From positions 11,915-75,914 of the forward strand of contig CAWINB010000001.1 of assembly GCA_963837465.1 (NCBI GenBank): a stretch of 64,000 nt of DNA. Reading direction: 5' to 3'. Position numbers and translations under genes: made by a program. Shown one piece after another: positions 59,692 through 64,000 of the stretch (its first letter is position 1; every line of letters starts with the position of its first letter). Source of the stretch: Candidatus Doudnabacteria bacterium. GTDB lineage: Bacteria; Patescibacteriota; Doudnabacteria; UBA920. The notes beneath the pieces are model-generated. The model was given only the letters and a program-made list of their open reading frames with translations. It was not told the DNA's origin and did no database searches.

Positions 59692-60619
59692 ATGACAAAT
59701 TTACTTGAAGTCAATAACCTGGTTAAAAATTACGGTTCCTTCCGCGCCGTGGACGGAATATCTTTTGTTGTGCCAGAAGGGCAGATTGTGGGACTTTTGG
59801 GCCCAAACGGAGCCGGTAAAACCACCACTATCCATATGCTGCTCGGAATAGTCAGTACCGATGGCGGCGGCATCAAATATTTTGGCAAGGATTTCGCTTC
59901 AAACCGCCGGGAGTGCCTGCGGCGGATTAATTTCGCCTCTTCTTTTAACACTTTGCAGGGCAGGATTTCGGTCTGGGAAAATTTACTGGTGTTTGGCGGG
60001 ACTGTACAGCCTGAAAAATCCGGATAAAAAAATCAGGGAGCTGGCGGAATATTTTGAAGTTACCGACTTGCTGGATAAAAGGTTTTGGGATCTCTCGGCC
60101 GGACAAAAAACCCGGGTTAATTTAATAAAATCTTTGCTCAATGAACCGGCAATCATCCTTATGGATGAGCCGACCGCTTCGCTTGACCCGGATATTGCCG
60201 ACAAAACCCTAAGTCTTATTGAACAGCTCAATAAATCCAAGGGCCTGTCTATTTTGTATACCAGCCACAATATGAATGAGGTAACCAGAATCTGCCGGCA
60301 GGTTATTTTTCTTGACCACGGTAAAATAGTGGCCCATGACACCCCGGTTGGCTTAACCAAGCGTATCGGCAAAGCGGAACTGCGCCTGACTTTTGACGGC
60401 GACAAAAAACAGCTCCAGGTTTTGCTCGAGGGTAATAATAATAAATTCAGTTTCCCCAATGATTATTCGGTCATTATTCAGGCTGAGGATAATCTTATGC
60501 CGCAAATTATTGCCCGGCTCCACCAGGCCGGCGCCCGGATAACCGATATGGAAATCAATAAGCCAACGCTGGACGATGTGTTTTTAAATATAGCGAGAGG
60601 GGGCAAAAATGTCGTTTAG
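59692..60619 (+). CDS. ABC transporter ATP-binding protein. Apparent 1-bp frameshift ~59985.
   Basis: Walker A GPNGAGKTT in frame 1. Signature LSAGQKTRV, Walker B ILMDEPT, H-loop in the +1 frame (ORF 59861..60619). Confidence 0.8.
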
Positions 60620-61370
60620 CAGAATCAGGGCAATTTTGCTCCAGGAATTTTACATTACCAAGCGTTCGCTGGAAGTTATCATCGATACTTTTTTCTTTTC
60701 CGCCATATCAATTATAGTCTTCAGCTTTATGGCGATTTTTATTTCCAAAACCGCGGGTCGGCTGGCCGCGCGTGAGGTGCTGGTCGGGGTATTGTTGTGG
60801 GAAATTATCCGCATCACCCAGTACTCTTTGTCCGTGGGCAGCCTGTGGAATATTTGGTCAAGAAATTTAAGCAATATGTTCATTACGCCGCTTTCACTGA
60901 CGGAATATATGCTGGCCGGAATATTTTCCGGCCTGGCCAAAGCCCTGATAAATTTTGGCATTATAGCCCTGATTGCCGGGCTGATTTTTAGGTTTAATGT
61001 TTTTAATCTGGGAACCGGCAATCTTGTCCTCTATTTTATAAACCTGAGTATTTTTGCCTGGTCAACGGGCTTTGCCATTGTGGGCGTTATCATGTGTTAC
61101 GGCACGCGCGTACAGGCCCTGGCTTGGGGCGCGGTGTTTTTATTCCAGCCTCTGACCGCGGCGTTTTTTCCGGGGCCTTGCTTATCTGTTTCCGGCCACT
61201 TATATTTTTGAAGCCGCCCGCGCGAATCTGGCCGGGCTCCCCGCCAACTGGCCATACCTGGCCTGGGCTTTTGCCGAAAATATTATTTATTTTATTCTGT
61301 CGGTCCGGTTTTTAAATTTTATGTTCAGCCGCTCCAAGCAAACCGGCCAGTTCGCCAGGAATGAGCAGTA
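60609..61370 (+). CDS. ABC-2 family transporter permease. Frameshift(s) ~61170-61200 in a T/G homopolymer region.
   Basis: Six TM segments. C-terminal YIFEAARANLAGLP...FMFSRSKQTGQFARNEQ in another frame. Confidence 0.7.
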
Positions 61371-61392
61371 ATTTACTGCCCCTGAAAATTTT

Positions 61393-61947
61393 GTGAAATT
61401 TGTAAAAGCTCATACCAAGGCTGGTAATTTAACCTCCATCCAACCCGACCCCGTAAGTCCGGATAAAAAATGGCCGGAAGATCCGAGTAAGGCTTCTCGA
61501 AATAAATTAATTTTTATGCCCAACAGGCAACTTGTAAAGGACACATTAAATATCTACGCCGCGGCCTGGCAGACGCGGGATTCAAACCTTATCCTGACTA
61601 TTTTTACGCCGGACGCCCGTTATCAGGAAGGGCCGTTCGCGAAGGCCATGGTTGGACATAGGGAAATCAAGGCTTACTGGGATAAAAAAGTCGTAAAGGA
61701 ACAAAAAAATATCAAGCCCGTTATAAAAAATTTTTTGATTGAGGGCGACCAGTGCGCGGTGGAATGGCACGCGGAATTTGACGATTTGGCGGCGGATCAG
61801 CGGATAAAAATGTACGAGGTAATGTTTTTAAAGTTCAGGGACGGGAAAATTTCTTCCCTGCGGGAAAGCTGGGTCATAGAGCGAAAGTGGGGCCCGGGCA
61901 GGTTTAAAAGGCTTGCTGAGCGAATAAGGCGTTTGGGGAAAATCTAG
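61393..61947 (+). CDS. SnoaL-like / NTF2-superfamily protein.
   Basis: IYAAAWQTRDSNLILTIFTPDARYQEGPF...WHAEF pattern of SnoaL_2 domains. Real start probably internal (~61519). Confidence 0.55.
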   Translation: MKFVKAHTKAGNLTSIQPDPVSPDKKWPEDPSKASRNKLIFMPNRQLVKDTLNIYAAAWQTRDSNLILTIFTPDARYQEGPFAKAMVGHREIKAYWDKKVVKEQKNIKPVIKNFLIEGDQCAVEWHAEFDDLAADQRIKMYEVMFLKFRDGKISSLRESWVIERKWGPGRFKRLAERIRRLGKI

Positions 61948-62045
61948 GATTTTTGGAATTCGGTTATTAAGTACCGGTTTGACCGGTACTTTTTAGTGGA
62001 TGATTTCGCTTTGTTTGGTTATAATCAAAGCAAGGAATAAATAAT

Positions 62046-63926
62046 ATGGCAGCCGGACCAAGGTTCGGAGCGGCAAGATCATTTAGCCGCGACTCATCGG
62101 TAACCAATCAAAAAATCCCGCCAGGCACCACCCGGCGTATTATCCGTTTCTCCAAACCCTGGCGGGGGATGCTGGTCGGGTTTTTTGCCCTGGTCGTAAT
62201 TGACGCTCTGTTTACCATTGCCAACCCGCTTATTTACCGAGAAATAATCGACAAGGGAATTTTAACCGGCAACACCGCGCTGATTATCCGGCTGGCTTTA
62301 CTTGTTGCCGGTATTGCCGTTTTGGATGCCGGCGAAACTTTGTGGCGCACCGGACTTTCGGCCAAAATCGGCGCGGCCATGGTTTATGATTTGCGGGTAA
62401 AAGTTTTTAGCCACATCCAAAATATGTCCCTGGCTTTTTTTACCCGCACCCAGACCGGCGCTTTGGTCAGCCGTTTAAATAATGATGTTACCGGAGTGCG
62501 CGACGCCTTTACCGATTTTTTAAACAATGTCGTGGGCAATGTTGTCAGCGTGACGCTTACGCTGGCCGCCATGTTTTTTTTGTCGTGGCGGCTTACAATT
62601 GTCGCGCTCATACTGCTGCCGGTATTTATTTTGCCCGCCCGCTACGTAGGCAAGCGCCTCCAGGAGCTGACCCGGGAAAATTACAATTTATTGTCCGACA
62701 TGAACAATATTATGATAGAGCGGTTTAACGTAGCCGGCGCGCAACTGGCAAAAATTTTCGGCCGTCCCGAAGCCGAAACTGCTTTTTTTGAAAAAAAGGC
62801 CGCCCGCGTCCGCGACATCGGCACGGCCATTACCGTTTACTCGCGGTTTTTCTTTATCGCCCTGGGCCTTACCGCTACCATTGCCGTGGCTTTTGTTTAC
62901 GGCTACGGCGGCGTGCTTACGGCGCGCCACGCTTTGGATGTCGGTACCTTGGTAGCCTTGGCCTCTTATTTAGCCAGGCTGTACGGCCCGCTGACATCAC
63001 TTTCCAATGTCCAGGTCGATGTATTGACAACCCTGGTTTCTTTTGACCGTGTGTTTGAAGTCCTGGATTTACAGCCGCAAATTATTGAGAAACCAAACGC
63101 AATTGAGCTAAAGCCAGGTCCGGCCAAAATTGAATTTAGAAATGTTAATTTCAGCTACCCCGCGGCCGGTGAAGTGTCCTTGGCATCGCTGGAGTCCGTG
63201 GCGACTTTAAGCAAAACCGTGGAAAAGCAGGTTTTGTTTGATGTCAGTTTTACGGCCGGGCCCGGGCAGCTGGTGGCGTTGGTCGGTCCTTCCGGCGCCG
63301 GCAAAACCACCATTACGCAATTGGTCGGCAGGTTTTACGATCCCCAGTCCGGCTCTGTCCGCATCAATAACATAGATATCCGTGACGCGAAGCTGGAATC
63401 CCTCCATTCCATAATCGGCACGGTGACTCAGGAAGCGCATATGTTCCATGATACAATCCGCGCCAACCTGCTTTACGCCAAACCCGACGCCACGGAAACG
63501 GAAATTACCAACGCCCTGCGCGCGGCGCGAATCCTACCGCTGGTGGAATCTTTGGCCGATAAGCTGGATACCATGGTGGGGGAGCGGGGTTATCGTTTAT
63601 CCGGCGGGGAAAAACAAAGGTTGGCCATCGCGCGCCTGCTGTTAAAAGCCCCTGACATTGTTATTTTAGATGAAGCTACGGCGCATTTGGATTCCGAATC
63701 CGAGCAGGCCATTCAAAAAGCTTTTGAAGTGGCTTTGGCCGGACGCGCTTCCCTGGTTATTGCCCACCGGCTGTCCACCATAATTAACGCCGATTTGATC
63801 CTGGTTGTGGAAAACGGACGCGTAGCGGAGCGCGGGCGGCACGAAGAACTTTTGGCGCAAAACGGGCTGTACGCGGAACTTTACGGGACGCAATTCGCGA
63901 ACAAAAAACAGCAGGGCCGTTTTTAA
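62046..63926 (+). CDS. ABC exporter, fused transmembrane and ATP-binding domains (MsbA/ABCB-like).
   Basis: Six N-terminal TM helices. Walker A GPSGAGKTT, signature LSGGEKQRL, Walker B ILDEATAHLD. Confidence 0.9.
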   Translation: MAAGPRFGAARSFSRDSSVTNQKIPPGTTRRIIRFSKPWRGMLVGFFALVVIDALFTIANPLIYREIIDKGILTGNTALIIRLALLVAGIAVLDAGETLWRTGLSAKIGAAMVYDLRVKVFSHIQNMSLAFFTRTQTGALVSRLNNDVTGVRDAFTDFLNNVVGNVVSVTLTLAAMFFLSWRLTIVALILLPVFILPARYVGKRLQELTRENYNLLSDMNNIMIERFNVAGAQLAKIFGRPEAETAFFEKKAARVRDIGTAITVYSRFFFIALGLTATIAVAFVYGYGGVLTARHALDVGTLVALASYLARLYGPLTSLSNVQVDVLTTLVSFDRVFEVLDLQPQIIEKPNAIELKPGPAKIEFRNVNFSYPAAGEVSLASLESVATLSKTVEKQVLFDVSFTAGPGQLVALVGPSGAGKTTITQLVGRFYDPQSGSVRINNIDIRDAKLESLHSIIGTVTQEAHMFHDTIRANLLYAKPDATETEITNALRAARILPLVESLADKLDTMVGERGYRLSGGEKQRLAIARLLLKAPDIVILDEATAHLDSESEQAIQKAFEVALAGRASLVIAHRLSTIINADLILVVENGRVAERGRHEELLAQNGLYAELYGTQFANKKQQGRF

Positions 63927-64000
63927 CATTAGCCCGCGAAAAACAAATCCTTATAGCTAAAACGCGGCGGTTTATCATGTCAAGATAAAATTTGTAACGG

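Overview
The window joins two compositionally unrelated segments. Segment A (1 to ~18590, roughly 65-72% GC) looks like plasmid/transposon-type accessory DNA. It holds the right end of a Tn3-family transposon (5'-truncated tyrosine recombinase, frameshifted TnpA, 40-bp terminal IR) sitting in a second tyrosine-recombinase gene. It also holds a winged-helix Rep-like gene with iteron-like repeats. A ~750-bp degenerate tandem-repeat array lies upstream of ParA and an RHH ParG-like partner. Two more RHH paralogs, an AbiEi/AbiEii TA pair, a tandemly duplicated repeat + Uma2 endonuclease + small-protein module, a membrane-anchored SGNH hydrolase and a GC-rich noncoding block with five covarying 17-bp palindromes complete this segment. 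A lower-GC island at 12.3-14.3 kb carries minus-strand genes. Almost every gene in segment A carries 1-bp indels, mostly in G/C homopolymers, so I cannot tell sequencing error from real decay. Segment B (~18590 to 64000, ~40% GC) resembles a Patescibacteria/CPR-like chromosome. It begins abruptly inside the 3' third of lepA, which suggests a chimeric join. It carries ImmA-like peptidase, carotenoid oxygenase, cspA, murI, tRNA-Thr, an F-type ATP synthase operon, CCA-adding enzyme, three clustered tRNAs (initiator Met, Met/Ile CAU, Asp), a complete IS1595-family element with two passenger genes, ABC and RND efflux systems, a two-component system, an ArsR regulator and others. The most unusual feature is a family of ~77-103 bp palindromic elements. 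Three copies are inserted in frame in atpG (twice) and atpD (once), in the same orientation and frame, adding ~28-30 aa each. Further copies flank a GIY-YIG nuclease gene lodged between atpF and atpH. The same operon also contains a four-helix-bundle gene, small hypothetical genes and an antisense IS4-family transposase between atpG and atpD. Other recurring noncoding motifs: a 22-25 nt TTTGACCCRATAAA motif (3 copies), a ~65-115 nt structured element (2 copies), and a CGTTTAG-repeat hairpin.
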